From: Bifidobacteriaceae bacterium
Lineage (GTDB): Bacteria; Actinomycetota; Actinomycetes; Actinomycetales; WQXJ01
NCBI GenBank assembly: GCA_031267825.1
Contig: JAIRYJ010000007.1
Span: 1 to 64,000, forward strand
Direction: 5' to 3'
DNA length: 64,000 nt
Below are positions 30,020 to 40,867 of the stretch, piece by piece. The position numbers were made by a program, and so were the translations under genes. The notes below the pieces were generated by a model. That model did no database searches, was not told where the DNA came from, and saw nothing but the letters and a program-made list of their open reading frames with translations. Positions within the stretch are counted from its first letter, which is position 1. Each line of letters begins with the position of its first letter.

Positions 30020-30944
30020 CTAACCGCCACTGGCGATGTACTGAAGAACGTCCGCCGCTTCAAGTTCGGCGCGCAAGCGGCGCTCATCATCGGATGTCAG
30101 ATTGTTCAACGGTGCGCGGACCGGGCCACAATCGGTACCAGCCCACTTATTCATCAGTTTGAAGGCCGGTAAGCCACCATATGACAGGCCGATTCCGACC
30201 ACCCGGCGGGCGATCGCCTGGCTGGCTTGCGCTCCGGGCAGGTCACCCTGGCTGGTCGCCGCGATGGCTGCCCGGTAGACGGGAGCCAGCAAACTGTAAG
30301 TTGTGCCGATGGCGCCGTTGGCGCCCAAAGCCAGAGCGGCCACCAGGATCTCGTCGCGGCCGAAGTAGATTCGCTGGCCTGGCTTGGCCAAGGCCAAGCA
30401 GTCAGCGAAGTCACTCAGATCTTCATGGGTGAACTTGATTCCGGCGAAACTCGGGATCCGTTTAGTCGCGGCCACCAAGAAGCTGGCCATGGCGATCGTT
30501 ACGCCAGTTTGAGCGGGCGCGTGGTAGTAGTAGAAGGGCAGGTCAGGCGCGCCGGACGCGATGATAGCGCAAGACTCCACCAGGCTGCCGAGCCTGTCTG
30601 GCCGGAAGTAGAACGGCCCTACCGCGCTGATCGCGTCAGCACCGATGGCGGCAGCGTGCTGAGCCAGGCCTCTGGCCTCCCACGGTGACGAATGGCCAAC
30701 ATGAACTACTACTTTGACTTCGCCACCGGCTTCCGCGACCCACCGTTCTGCCAGCGCCTTACGTTCACCAGTCGTCAACAGGGGTCCTTCACCGGTCGAG
30801 CCACAGACAAAGGCGCCGTCGATGCCTTGACGTTTCATTAGTCCGGCGTAAGCCGTCACGCCGTCTGGGTTGATAGACCCGTCAGGGTGCAGTGGAGTGA
30901 AAGCGGCGTCAATCAGTTCGAAATCGGATGCCATGGTCATTCCT
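30020..30944 (-). CDS. DHDPS/NanA-family class I aldolase (N-acetylneuraminate lyase-like)
   Basis: GSTGEG motif, a Schiff-base lysine region and overall similarity to the NanA/DapA fold. Start MASDFELIDAAFTPL after GAAGGA. Confidence 0.7.
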
Positions 30945-31260
30945 TCAGCGCGATTTGGAGTGTGATCTTGGCCGTGCCGCTGACTGTCCCGTTGATCCGG
31001 AGCCATCCACCGAAATGCCGCAATCGGATGAAGCTGTTGCCTGGCTCAGTCTGGGTAGCGAACTCAGTGCCCTCATCAATCCAGTTCAGGCCGTCAGCCG
31101 AGATCTGCGCCTTAGCTTCTATGGTTCCTCCGTAACTGATTTCTTCTGTGCGGAGGAACACGATCGCCTCACTAGCCCAGGCGGCTTCGAATGGTTCGCT
31201 CGCGAAGTCACCGGTGAACTCGTCCCGGCGGTGAACCACTACCATCTGAAAATGACGCAT
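30937..31260 (-). CDS. Hypothetical small protein (about 107 aa) in the GntR-regulated operon
   Basis: ORF with plausible RBS. Start chosen at MRHFQMVVVH. No recognisable motif. Confidence 0.4.
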   Translation of the reverse strand: MRHFQMVVVHRRDEFTGDFASEPFEAAWASEAIVFLRTEEISYGGTIEAKAQISADGLNWIDEGTEFATQTEPGNSFIRLRHFGGWLRINGTVSGTAKITLQIALKE

Positions 31261-31280
31261 TAGTCTGGTATCCCCTTTGA

Positions 31281-32216
31281 TCAATCCATCGATATGACAA
31301 CAGAATCGATGTTTAGGAAGCAACGCCGGTTTGTGTCGTTCTCGAGCCAGATAATTGGGTTTAGTAGGCCCTCAATACGGGCGTACGGCCTGGTCAAAGT
31401 AGGTTTTTGTGCACGCAGTGAATAGACTCTGTCCATTGATTGGAACTCGATGTATTCACGCTTGGCAAAATCTACTAGGAGACGTAGATACAACCAGTTG
31501 ATTTTGTCGTCTGTCTCGTTATAAACCAATTGTTGATGGGTTCCTGGGACTTCGCTATAAGCGTCAGCCGTCCCGTCTTTGCGACGCTCGCCGTACCATA
31601 GGCCGTCAATTCCACGAATATTCCATTCGCCTTCGCGTCCGTAGGCCCATTGTTTGTCGGTGACATCAGCCGCTTGCATGATCTGCCAACGCTGTGCCAG
31701 CTCGCCGTTGACCGAATTCAAGTACCGAATACCGGGTTGCCAACGGTACTCATGGTCCTGGATGTCGAAGAACATCCCGAAAGCCCGGATGTCTTTTTCG
31801 CCAAGGCCAATCCGGTCTTGTTCGGGTGTGTAGGCGTACCACATCTCCATTTGGAGGCGTTGGATTGTCCGATGCATCGATAATCGCTTGAGCGCGTGCG
31901 AGAAGCTTCCCGGGGCGGGCTTTTCCTCATAGGGATTGGCGACCGGCCGGGTCGCCAGTTTCAGTGAATAGGTGCCATCCATGGAGCCGTGAGTGCCTAC
32001 TAAACCAAATGTTGATGTGCTCAGCATTGGCGCGCCCCAGTGAGACTTGTCGAGTGCTGTTGCCCGGTGCATGTGTCCGGGCTCCGTGAAGTTAGGTGTC
32101 AGGTCGAGCCAACCGCAAGCGCCACGGTCAAAGTCGTCGTAGGTGATGATGGTTGTCAGTGGGTTGTACTTCTGTAAGGCGATGGCTGGAAGGGACATTG
32201 GACTGATCCGCCTCAC
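31281..32216 (-). CDS. Hypothetical protein (311 aa), markedly lower GC than neighbours
   Basis: Long ORF. AT-richer stretch at about 31300-31560. Trp/Tyr-rich. Overlaps the GntR gene by 4 bp. Confidence 0.5.
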   Translation of the reverse strand: MRRISPMSLPAIALQKYNPLTTIITYDDFDRGACGWLDLTPNFTEPGHMHRATALDKSHWGAPMLSTSTFGLVGTHGSMDGTYSLKLATRPVANPYEEKPAPGSFSHALKRLSMHRTIQRLQMEMWYAYTPEQDRIGLGEKDIRAFGMFFDIQDHEYRWQPGIRYLNSVNGELAQRWQIMQAADVTDKQWAYGREGEWNIRGIDGLWYGERRKDGTADAYSEVPGTHQQLVYNETDDKINWLYLRLLVDFAKREYIEFQSMDRVYSLRAQKPTLTRPYARIEGLLNPIIWLENDTNRRCFLNIDSVVISMD

Positions 32217-32926
32217 TTCGTTCCGGCAAGATTCGCCAACTGAAGGCGGTCAGCGATGCCGCGGTAGTGATTGGCGAGTTTTTCGCGCGCGCCGGAGACA
32301 TCACGGTCGCGAACAGCCTGTGCGATTTCAGCGTGGGCCAAATAGGTTGACATTGGATCTTTGGTGTGAAGATCGAGTCGGCTCGCGGCTGTGGCGAAGG
32401 CCAGCCAGAACACGTCAATTAGTTCGGCTACCATTTCGTTGCCCACACTGGTGAATAGTGCCTGGTGGAATGCGCGGTCGGCTTCTTCGAAGCTTTCGCC
32501 GCGGGCAGCTTGCCGCTGCATCTGGGCCAGGGCGGCGTCAGCCGCGGCAAGGTCGGAAGGTTCGTGGTTAAGTACGACCCGTTCGATGAAACCCAACTCG
32601 ATTATCTGCCGGATCTCCAGTAGCTCCGCCAAAGGGCGCTCGTAAGTCAGTAGGCCGTAGGGCAGTGCGGCCAGGAGCGGGGCGAAGCTGAATTGCTTAA
32701 CGAACAGGCCGTTGCCCCGGTGAACCTCGATCAGGCCCATGGATTCAAGCGCTTTGACGGCTTCACGCACCGCGTTGCGGCTGACTCCAAATGAGCGGCC
32801 GAACTCTGATTCTGATGGCAGTTGATCACCTGGTTTGAGGTGGTTTAGCACCACATAGTCTCTGATCGCATCCTTGACCTGCTCAGTTAGGGTACGCGAG
32901 CGGAGCGAAGGGATCGGATGGGTCAT
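32213..32926 (-). CDS. GntR-family transcriptional regulator, FadR subfamily (FCD domain)
   Basis: wHTH LPSESEFGRSFGVSRNAVREAVKALESMGLIEV plus a C-terminal all-helical FCD domain. Start MTHPIP after AAGGAGG. Confidence 0.8.
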   Translation of the reverse strand: MTHPIPSLRSRTLTEQVKDAIRDYVVLNHLKPGDQLPSESEFGRSFGVSRNAVREAVKALESMGLIEVHRGNGLFVKQFSFAPLLAALPYGLLTYERPLAELLEIRQIIELGFIERVVLNHEPSDLAAADAALAQMQRQAARGESFEEADRAFHQALFTSVGNEMVAELIDVFWLAFATAASRLDLHTKDPMSTYLAHAEIAQAVRDRDVSGAREKLANHYRGIADRLQLANLAGTK

Positions 32927-33057
32927 GGCTGCCTCCTTGCGGTACTGCCTGTAGGACATCTGATAGCAGGATATGTGCTTACTGTTCGATCAGTCAAGCA
33001 TGAATCGGCGAGAGACCTAGGCGAGGGCTGACCGAATTGTCATGAACCTGTGTCAAC

Positions 33058-34251
33058 ATGGACAACATGGGCCGCACACTGGTCGTGACGAACGATTTCC
33101 CGCCGCAGCAGGGCGGTATTGAAAACTACGTCTACCAGCTAGTTCGCCGCCTACCGCCAGATCAGGTGGTGGTCTTCGCTTCGAGCTTTCCAGGGGCGGA
33201 GGCATTCGACGCCGAACAGCCGTTCCCGGTTGTGCGGGCCCGCGCCAAGGTGCTGTTACCGCAGCCGCACATTGTGCGCGGAGCTGAGCGGCTGATTAAG
33301 CGTTTCCGCTGTGACACGGTGTATTTCGGGGCGGCGGCGTCTCTTGGCCTGATGGCTCAGCATTTGCGCCAGGTCACCTCAGCTAAGCGCTTGGTGGGCT
33401 CAAGCCACTCGCATGAATGCTATTGGACCAAAGCTCCGCCGACCCGCGCGGCGATCCGTTCGATCGCGGCCGGTTTGGATCATCTGACTTACATATCGGC
33501 CTACTGTGGGGCCGTCCTGCGGCGGGCTTTGCCGCCGGAGCTTGGCGCCCGGCTGGTGCGACTGTCACCTGGCGTCGATCCGGCCCCGTTCAGATCGGCT
33601 GATGGTTCTGGCGTGCGTCAACGCTTCGGTTTAGGGGACCGGCCGGTGATTTTGTCGGTTTCTCGGCTGGTTCCAGCCAAGGGTCAGGACAGTTTGATCC
33701 GGGCGTTACCGACCGTCTTGGAGGCCTTGCCTCGGGCGCGGTTGCTGTTGGTTGGTGATGGTGCGCGACGAGATTATCTGGAACGTCTAGCCGTTCGTTT
33801 AGGTGTGTCCGATGCCGTCCACCTAGTTGGCGGCATCCCGCATGGCGACGTGGCGGACTATTACGCGGCTGGTGATGTGTTCGCTTTCCCGGCCCGTGAC
33901 CGCACCGCTGGCTTGCAAGTTGAGGGACTCGGACAGGTCAGCTTGGAGGCGGCGGCGGCCGGTTTGCCGGTAATTGTGGGCGATTCAGGCGGTGCGCCTG
34001 AGACGGTTCTTAACGGCCGAACCGGCTATGTGGTTAAGGCGTTAGAGACTGGAGCACTGGCTGGCCGGCTAATTGAACTGCTGGCGGACCGCAACCGGGC
34101 GGCGGCCATGGGGGAGGCTGGACGTGACTGGATGAGCCAGCAGTGGACTTGGGATCAGCGGGCCAGAATCCTGCGGCGCCTGTTGGCCGGTGATCCGCCA
34201 AGTGATCCGGTCGATGACGCGCCTTCAGGTGTGGCGTCGTTCCGCGACTAA
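33058..34251 (+). CDS. GT4-family glycosyltransferase (PimB/MgtA-like mannosyltransferase candidate)
   Basis: N-terminal TNDFPPQQGGIENYV and a C-terminal GT4 EX7E-type region (LEAAAAGLPVIVGDSGG). Confidence 0.75.
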   Translation: MDNMGRTLVVTNDFPPQQGGIENYVYQLVRRLPPDQVVVFASSFPGAEAFDAEQPFPVVRARAKVLLPQPHIVRGAERLIKRFRCDTVYFGAAASLGLMAQHLRQVTSAKRLVGSSHSHECYWTKAPPTRAAIRSIAAGLDHLTYISAYCGAVLRRALPPELGARLVRLSPGVDPAPFRSADGSGVRQRFGLGDRPVILSVSRLVPAKGQDSLIRALPTVLEALPRARLLLVGDGARRDYLERLAVRLGVSDAVHLVGGIPHGDVADYYAAGDVFAFPARDRTAGLQVEGLGQVSLEAAAAGLPVIVGDSGGAPETVLNGRTGYVVKALETGALAGRLIELLADRNRAAAMGEAGRDWMSQQWTWDQRARILRRLLAGDPPSDPVDDAPSGVASFRD

Positions 34252-34461
34252 TCGGGCCGCCTGGCGGCCCGGAATAATACCCGCCGGGCATTCCGCCAAC
34301 TCAAACAAACAACCACTTGGCGAAAACCATAGAAGGGTCCGACCACCTGGATCAACCTCCAACTACAGCAGCGGCATAGACAACCCCTCCGTGTTCGCGG
34401 TCGACCTTGATGAGTTAAGTCGCCCGGGGGTTTGGTGACCTGGCGGAACTATGATGTTGGG

Positions 34462-35070
34462 ATGACTACCGCCCAATTCTGGTTTGACCCGATCTGTCCT
34501 TGGACTTATGTGACTTTCCGCTGGTTGGACGCGGTCCGCCAGGTCCGCCCGGTGGTGATTGAACCGCGCCTGTTATCGCTCTACTACTTGAATCAGGGCC
34601 GCGACGGCGTGTCTCACGGTGAAGCCCATCGCGCCTCACTCAACCTGGAACGGTTCTTGGCTTGGGTACGCCATGAGGCAGGCCCGGATGTGATGCTGAA
34701 AGCCTACGATTTCATGGGCCGGAGCCTTTTCCTTGAAGGCGACGCGGCCGATGACGAACTGGTTAGCGAAACCGCCGCGACAGTTGGTTTGGATCAGGTG
34801 GCGGCCGGTGCGGCCGCCCTGGACGCCAGCTGGGATGAGGCGATCCTGGCTGATCATTACGCTGCCATGAGCCTGGTTGGTGATGATGTCGGTTCGCCAG
34901 TAATAGCCCTAGGGGACGGACCGGCCTTCTTTGGGCCGGTCTTATCCCGCCCGCTGACCGGCCAGGCGGCCGGCCAAGTCTGGGATGGTTGTGTGGCTTT
35001 GGCCAGCCAACCAGCTTTCTTTGAACTGAAGCGGAGCCGTGGCCCGGCCGTCAAGATCGCCTTCGAATAG
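34462..35070 (+). CDS. DsbA-family thiol oxidoreductase (FrnE/2-hydroxychromene-2-carboxylate isomerase-like)
   Basis: FWFDPICPWTY thioredoxin-fold CxxT/C motif. Confidence 0.7.
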   Translation: MTTAQFWFDPICPWTYVTFRWLDAVRQVRPVVIEPRLLSLYYLNQGRDGVSHGEAHRASLNLERFLAWVRHEAGPDVMLKAYDFMGRSLFLEGDAADDELVSETAATVGLDQVAAGAAALDASWDEAILADHYAAMSLVGDDVGSPVIALGDGPAFFGPVLSRPLTGQAAGQVWDGCVALASQPAFFELKRSRGPAVKIAFE

Positions 35071-35146
35071 CCCGCTGCCGCACCAGTTTGCCCGTCTATT
35101 TAGCGAATCTGGTTCGTCTAGCCAACTGGCCAATCCACTTGGCCAG

Positions 35147-37821
35147 TTAATTGGCCTGACTGGTAAACGTTAGACCGGCAACGGACTGACCATCAGCGCT
35201 GGATTCATCTGGCCGGTCCGCCACCACCCGCTGCCCATCTCGGATCTGGCCGGACAGTAACTCGCGGGCCAGTTTGTCACCCAGTTCACGTTGAATAACG
35301 CGGCGCAAAGGCCGGGCGCCAAAAGCCGGATCGTAGCCTTCTAAAGCCAGCCAGTCCCGCGCCGCTGGGGTCACGTCTAAGGTCAACCGCCGTCCAGCCA
35401 AACGCTGGCCAAGGGACGCGACCTGCAAATCGACGATCCGTCCAATGTCCTCCAAGCTGAGCGTGTCAAAGACCAAAATGTCATCCAAGCGGTTCAAGAA
35501 CTCTGGTTTGAAGGCCGCGCGCACCGCCGCCATGACAGCTTCACGCTGAGCGTCTGGTTCCATCGTCAGGTCAACTAGGTACTGCGAACCGAGGTTTGAT
35601 GTCATCACCAGGATGACGTTCCTGAAATCAACTGTCCGGCCTTGGCCGTCCGTCAACCGGCCATCATCAAGCACCTGCAACAAAATGTTGAACACTTCCG
35701 GATGGGCTTTTTCAACCTCATCTAACAGAATCACCGAATAAGGCCGCCGCCGGACCGCTTCAGTTAGCTGCCCGCCTTCCTCATAGCCAACATATCCGGG
35801 CGGCGCGCCAACCAGACGGGCAACCGAATGTTTCTCGGAATACTCCGACATATCAAGACGCACCACTGCCCGCTCATCGTCGAACAAGAAATCAGCTAAG
35901 GCTTTAGCTAACTCGGTTTTACCAACGCCGGTGGGGCCAAGGAAAAGGAAGGACCCTGTTGGGCGGGCTGGATCTGATACTCCAGCGCGAGCCCGGCGGA
36001 CGGCATCGGACACCGCTCTAACAGCGGCGCCCTGCCCTATCAGACGTTCCCCGATGACCTGCTCCATGCGTAACAACTTGGCCGTTTCACCTTCAAGCAA
36101 ACGCCCGGCCGGAATCCCAGTCCAAGACGAAACCACTTCCGCCACCTCATCTGGTCCAACCTTGTCCGGCACGAGAGGCACCCCGTCACCGCCGCCCAGA
36201 CCATCTGAAGTGGTTTGACCGCCAGCCGGGGTTTCCGTGCTGGTCTGTTCGGCCGCCGCTAGGGCCGCCTGAACCGGTGGAATTTCACCGAACCGGAGGC
36301 GTGAGGCCTCAGCCAAGTCACCCCGGTTCTCGGCCTGTTCGGCGGCTGTGGTCAGAGCGTCAAGCTGGGCTCTGAGGTCACCGACTTTGTTGCGATCAGA
36401 CCGTTCACGGTCCCAGCGGGCGGTCAGCCCAGCTAGTTCCTCACGCCGGCTGGCCAGATCAGAACGTAACTTTTCGAGCCGTTCACGGGAGCTGTCATCG
36501 AGTTGGGCGGCTTTACCTTCAACTGTGCCGAGGAGGTACCGCTCCTCCATTTCGAGGCGGAAAACCGTCCGCTGTAGCTGATCAATTTCGACCGGATTGG
36601 AAGTCAACTCCATGCGCAGACGTGACGCCGCCTCATCCATTAGGTCGATCGCTTTGTCTGGTAGTTGCCGTCCGGTGATGTAACGGTCAGATAATGTGGC
36701 CGCGGCCACCAGAGCCGAATCAGAAATTGTGACATGGTGGTGGGCTTCATAACGTGGCGCGATACCGCGCAGAATGGCGACGGTGTCTTCAACTGAAGGT
36801 TCACCAACAAAAACCTGCTGGAAACGCCGTTCCAAAGCGGGATCCTTTTCGATCCGTTCGCGGTATTCATCCAATGTGGTGGCGCCCACCATGCGCAGTT
36901 CGCCACGAGCCAGCATTGGTTTGAGCATGTTGCCGGCGTCCATGGCGCCTTCGGCCGCGCCCGCCCCGACCACGGTGTGCAGTTCATCAATGAACGTCAC
37001 AACTTGGCCGCCTGAGTCTTTGATTTCCTGCAGGACGGCTTTGAGGCGTTCCTCAAATTCGCCCCGATATTTCGCGCCCGCCACCATTGAACCGAGGTCC
37101 AGGGCGATCAATTGTTTGCCTAGTAGTGCTTCCGGTACGTCACCTTTGACGATCCGTTGGGCTAATCCTTCAACCACGGCGGTCTTACCGACGCCCGGTT
37201 CGCCGATCAGCACCGGGTTGTTCTTGGTGCGCCGTGACAATACTTGGATGACGCGGCGGATCTCCTGGTCGCGGCCTATTACTGGGTCTAGTTGGCCGTC
37301 GCGGGCGGCGGCTGTCAGGTCACGACCGTACTGCCCGAGCGCATCGAAGGTGCCTTCCGGATTAGCTGAGGTGACATGCTGGCCGCCGCGGATTTCGGGC
37401 AGGGCGGCGCTGAGAGTTTCACTGTTGGCGCCGTTGGCGCGCAGGATTTGACCGGCTTGGCCTTCGGTTCCAGCCAGGGCGAGGAGCAAGATTTCAGCCG
37501 AGACATAGGTGTCACCTTGGGTGTTGGCCAGGTCTTGGGCTTCTTCGAGGGCGGCTAAGAGTTGGCGGCCGACTTGTGGTTGTTGGGTTGAGTTGCCCGA
37601 TGCCGCCGGTAAGGCTGTCAGCGCCAGACGGGTTTGGCTGCCGATGATTTGGGTATTGGCCTGGGCGGCCTGGGCTAGGCGGACCGCTAATCCGTCCTGG
37701 TCTAGCCACAGAGCGTTGAGCAGATGAAGCGGTTCGACTGTCGGATTGCCGGCCGCTGATGCTTGCTGGATCGCGTCCTGCAAGGCAGAACGTGAGTTGG
37801 TGGTGAGTTTTTCGATATCCA
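35147..37821 (-). CDS. clpB: ATP-dependent chaperone ClpB
   Basis: Start [17 protein letters not shown] after GGGAGG. Two AAA+ modules ([16 protein letters not shown]) and a coiled-coil middle domain. The ORF-track start at 38146 is over-extended. Confidence 0.95.
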
Positions 37822-37880
37822 TTGCTACCTCCCTCGGGTGGGGTGATCCCCTGCCGCCCAATACAACCTCAAAGACCGAA

Positions 37881-37901
37881 GTTGAGTCTACTACGCTCAA
37901 G
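37881..37901 (-). promoter_or_regulatory. HAIR-like operator upstream of clpB
   Basis: Minus-strand reading CTTGAGC-gtagtag-ACTCAAC versus consensus CTTGAGT-N7-ACTCAAG (2 mismatches), about 60 bp upstream of the clpB start. Confidence 0.5.
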
Positions 37902-38222
37902 CAATTGCTCGGTAGATGGACAACGCCGCCTTTCGGCGGGGCCCGCGAAGCCGGGCCGGTGGCCGACTTCGCATGCCTGGGACTGTACCTTCTTTCCGCG
38001 TCTTCGCTGGTGACAGCTTCGCTCTCACCGCGTGCGACACGGCCGGACGCCGCCTTTCGGCGGCGTCCTAAGCACCAAGGGTGCGGTGCAAGTACCATTG
38101 GTCCAGGCCCGCAGCCGGCCTCGGGCGGGGCCAACGGCGGCACCATTCTTTACGGCTGCGGGCCGCTACCTTTCCAACCTGGGACGTCGGTGGTTCACAC
38201 CGGCCCATGGAACAATTACCGG

Positions 38223-39395
38223 GTGGCTGACAGCACCGCGCGTACGCGAAACCAAACCACTCAACACCAGACGTCCAGTGCCACCGGTGGCCGGACACTC
38301 CACGGCACAACCCGGCCTGGGTCCAGTTTCCCGGCCAGACGGCTGCTGGCAGCATTGGCCTGCGGCACGCTGATGGCGGTAGCCCTGAGCGGCTGCGTCC
38401 GGATCGTCACCAACCTGAAGATCAACCCCGATGAAACCGTCGCGGCCAGCGCCATTGTTGTCTATGAGGATGAAGCCATGGCCTCCATGGTTGAACAAAC
38501 CGGCATGGATGAGACCACCATCCTGGACCAGCTTGGAGTCAACGAACTACTAGACGGGGCGTCCTCGCCAATGATGATGGACGGCGAGATCGAAGAATAC
38601 GCCGCCAACGGTTACACCGGTTGGCGGGTAGCCAACCGAGATGACGTACCGCTGGACCAGCTAGCCGTTTTCGGGGCCGAGAACGTGACAATCGAGGTGA
38701 CCGACAACCGCTACAGCTTTGACGCGGTGATTGATTTGTCACCGGAGGCGCTCGGCATTGGCGGTTACGAGGACACACCCCAAGTGGCTGAGATGATGAC
38801 CCAGGTCAGTGTTGAGCTGACAGTTGAGTTCCCGGTCAAGGTTAAGTCAGCCACTGGAGCCATCACTGGGCGTTCGGTTACCTTTACACCGGTGTTCGGC
38901 GAGGTGACACATCTTGAAGCTGTCGCCGAAGGCGGCTTTGTGCTGGCCGGAACTGTTCTGGTGCTGTTGATTTGCCTGGCTGTGGTGCTGGTGGGGATCG
39001 GACTGGTGATCGCCCTGCTGATGATGCGCCGCCGCAGGCATGCCCGTTTGGCTGAGGCCGCGGCGGAGGGATCAAGCCGGGAGAAATCGTCCTACCGCCC
39101 ACTGCCAGCCGCTTGGCAAGCCAGGTCCTCAGCGGTCGGTTCCGTCCACCCGGCCCCGCGGCCTCCATCTGCTTCGCCCGATGCCGATGTGCCCGGCCCA
39201 GATGAGCCCGGCTCTGACGAACCCGCACTAGACGAGGCAACACCCGACGAACCGGCGCCAGATGAACCCGTCTTAGATGAACCAGCCGACAAACCCGCGT
39301 CAGACGAGCCCAGCTCCGATGAACCAGCGCCAGACGAGGCCACACCAGACGAGGCCACACCAGACGAACCGGTACCAGACCAGGCCACACCATGA
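38223..39395 (+). CDS. LppM-like (DUF3153-type) lipoprotein with C-terminal TM and acidic Pro-Asp-Glu repeat tail; start uncertain
   Basis: RRLLAALACGTLMAVALSGC (twin-Arg n-region plus LSGC lipobox), a C-terminal TM (VLAGTVLVLLICLAVVLVGIGLVIALLMM) and (PDEP/ATPDE) repeats. Confidence 0.5.
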   Translation: MADSTARTRNQTTQHQTSSATGGRTLHGTTRPGSSFPARRLLAALACGTLMAVALSGCVRIVTNLKINPDETVAASAIVVYEDEAMASMVEQTGMDETTILDQLGVNELLDGASSPMMMDGEIEEYAANGYTGWRVANRDDVPLDQLAVFGAENVTIEVTDNRYSFDAVIDLSPEALGIGGYEDTPQVAEMMTQVSVELTVEFPVKVKSATGAITGRSVTFTPVFGEVTHLEAVAEGGFVLAGTVLVLLICLAVVLVGIGLVIALLMMRRRRHARLAEAAAEGSSREKSSYRPLPAAWQARSSAVGSVHPAPRPPSASPDADVPGPDEPGSDEPALDEATPDEPAPDEPVLDEPADKPASDEPSSDEPAPDEATPDEATPDEPVPDQATP

Positions 39396-39529
39396 ACGTC
39401 GGCGGCCGCGTAGGTCCCTACCGGTTTTCGTGTGTCGTGCTGAGCCTGTGGGACTGGCGGACCGGGCCTCCTTGGAAGGTATACTCGGGGATGCGAGTAT
39501 AAACTTCGGCGGCGCAGGAAGATGCCACT

Positions 39530-40855
39530 ATGACAGTCATCCAACCAGAACCGATCCCCGCCACGGCCGGCGGTGAGCTGAATCCGAGCCACTTTGTTGG
39601 GCGCCGGGCCGCCACCATCCGGATCCGCCAGATGCTCGAAAACGGCCAGCACATCAGACTGGCTGACCCGTGGCGGATGGGTAAAACGTCGTGGTTGAGG
39701 TGGTTCGAGGCTTCCTGCACTGACGACCGATGGCTCCAAGTCAAAGTCATCAGCTACACCGGGCTGAACTCAATTAGACAGTTCGTTGAACGCACGGTTG
39801 AAGGACTGGCTGAGATCGATGCCATGCCTGAGGCCTTCCTAGACTATCTCCGCGGCCTGTTTGACGGGTTGGCGCCGGACGGCGCTGACGGGCCGGTCAG
39901 GTTCAGGATGTCCCTACCCGGAGACGAGGGGTCCGCACTCAAACTGATGGACGGCATCGTCCGAACTTTGGACAAAACCCTGGGCGGCCGAACTGACGCC
40001 CGGCCGCTAGTCCTGGGTCTAGACGAGGTGCCGGACGTGATTCTGGCGATGCTGCGGGCAGGCCGGACGGCGGACGGGCGCAACATGCTAGACAGGATGC
40101 GGCTGTGGCGGGCCAACTCGCGGCGGCTGCGCTGGATCATCGCTGGTTCAATCGGCCTGCATCACGTCCTGGAGCTAGCTGGTGTCAGCCGGGCGGCGGT
40201 CAACGATCTTCAGCCGGTCTCATTCGGGCCGCTTGAGCCGGCCGAGGCGGAGGAACTGGTGCAACGCCTAGTTCGTGGCTTGGGACGCAGGATCGAACCG
40301 GCCGCCACCGCCAGCTTGATTGAGCGCACCGGAGCGATTCCACATCTGATCCAGTCACTTGCCGCCAGACTGCGTTACGACGAACACGACATGACCACGA
40401 TCGGCCCGATCACCCCAGCGGAAGTCGTCAGCCGCTTCACCGCCTACATCCAGGACCGTGACCAGTCGGTCGCGCCGGCCCAGCTAGTTGCCCGCATCCG
40501 CCATGACTATGGCCCGGACGCCCCGTTGGCCTTCGCCATTCTGGACGCGACTCTGGGAGTGACCGGGCAACATGAGCCAGCTCCAGGGGCGGCCACCCAG
40601 TCCGGACTGGCTGAAGGTTCGCCTGGAGCGACCACCCCGCCCGGGCAGCCTGGGCCGGCCAGACTGATGCCAACTCCGAAAACAGCCGGGCAACTGCGAG
40701 CCGCCGTGATGGCGACGGACCGCTTCGACGCTGTCTTGAACGCTCTGGTTGAAGACCACTACTTGATCGCCGTTGAACGCGGGCGCGAATTCGCTTGGCG
40801 CTATCCCGCGTTGCGCGCGATTTACCACGAGCGCCGTGCGCCGTGGCGCCAGTGA
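39530..40855 (+). CDS. Arch_ATPase-type AAA+ P-loop NTPase with C-terminal winged-helix-like region
   Basis: FVGRRAATIRIRQML...LADPWRMGKTSWL (Arch_ATPase pattern F.GRe.E...L....GpRR.GKTsLL). Walker B PLVLGLDEVPD. Confidence 0.6.
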   Translation: MTVIQPEPIPATAGGELNPSHFVGRRAATIRIRQMLENGQHIRLADPWRMGKTSWLRWFEASCTDDRWLQVKVISYTGLNSIRQFVERTVEGLAEIDAMPEAFLDYLRGLFDGLAPDGADGPVRFRMSLPGDEGSALKLMDGIVRTLDKTLGGRTDARPLVLGLDEVPDVILAMLRAGRTADGRNMLDRMRLWRANSRRLRWIIAGSIGLHHVLELAGVSRAAVNDLQPVSFGPLEPAEAEELVQRLVRGLGRRIEPAATASLIERTGAIPHLIQSLAARLRYDEHDMTTIGPITPAEVVSRFTAYIQDRDQSVAPAQLVARIRHDYGPDAPLAFAILDATLGVTGQHEPAPGAATQSGLAEGSPGATTPPGQPGPARLMPTPKTAGQLRAAVMATDRFDAVLNALVEDHYLIAVERGREFAWRYPALRAIYHERRAPWRQ

Positions 40856-40867
40856 AACGAAAGTGAG

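Noticed and set aside
36774-37451. 225-aa + ORF inside clpB
   Set aside because: Antisense to clpB with a Ser/Arg/Pro-rich artefactual composition.
39092-39739. 215-aa minus-strand ORF rich in SSG/SGA repeats
   Set aside because: Reverse-complement reading of the PDE-repeat tail of the lipoprotein gene and the start of the ATPase gene.
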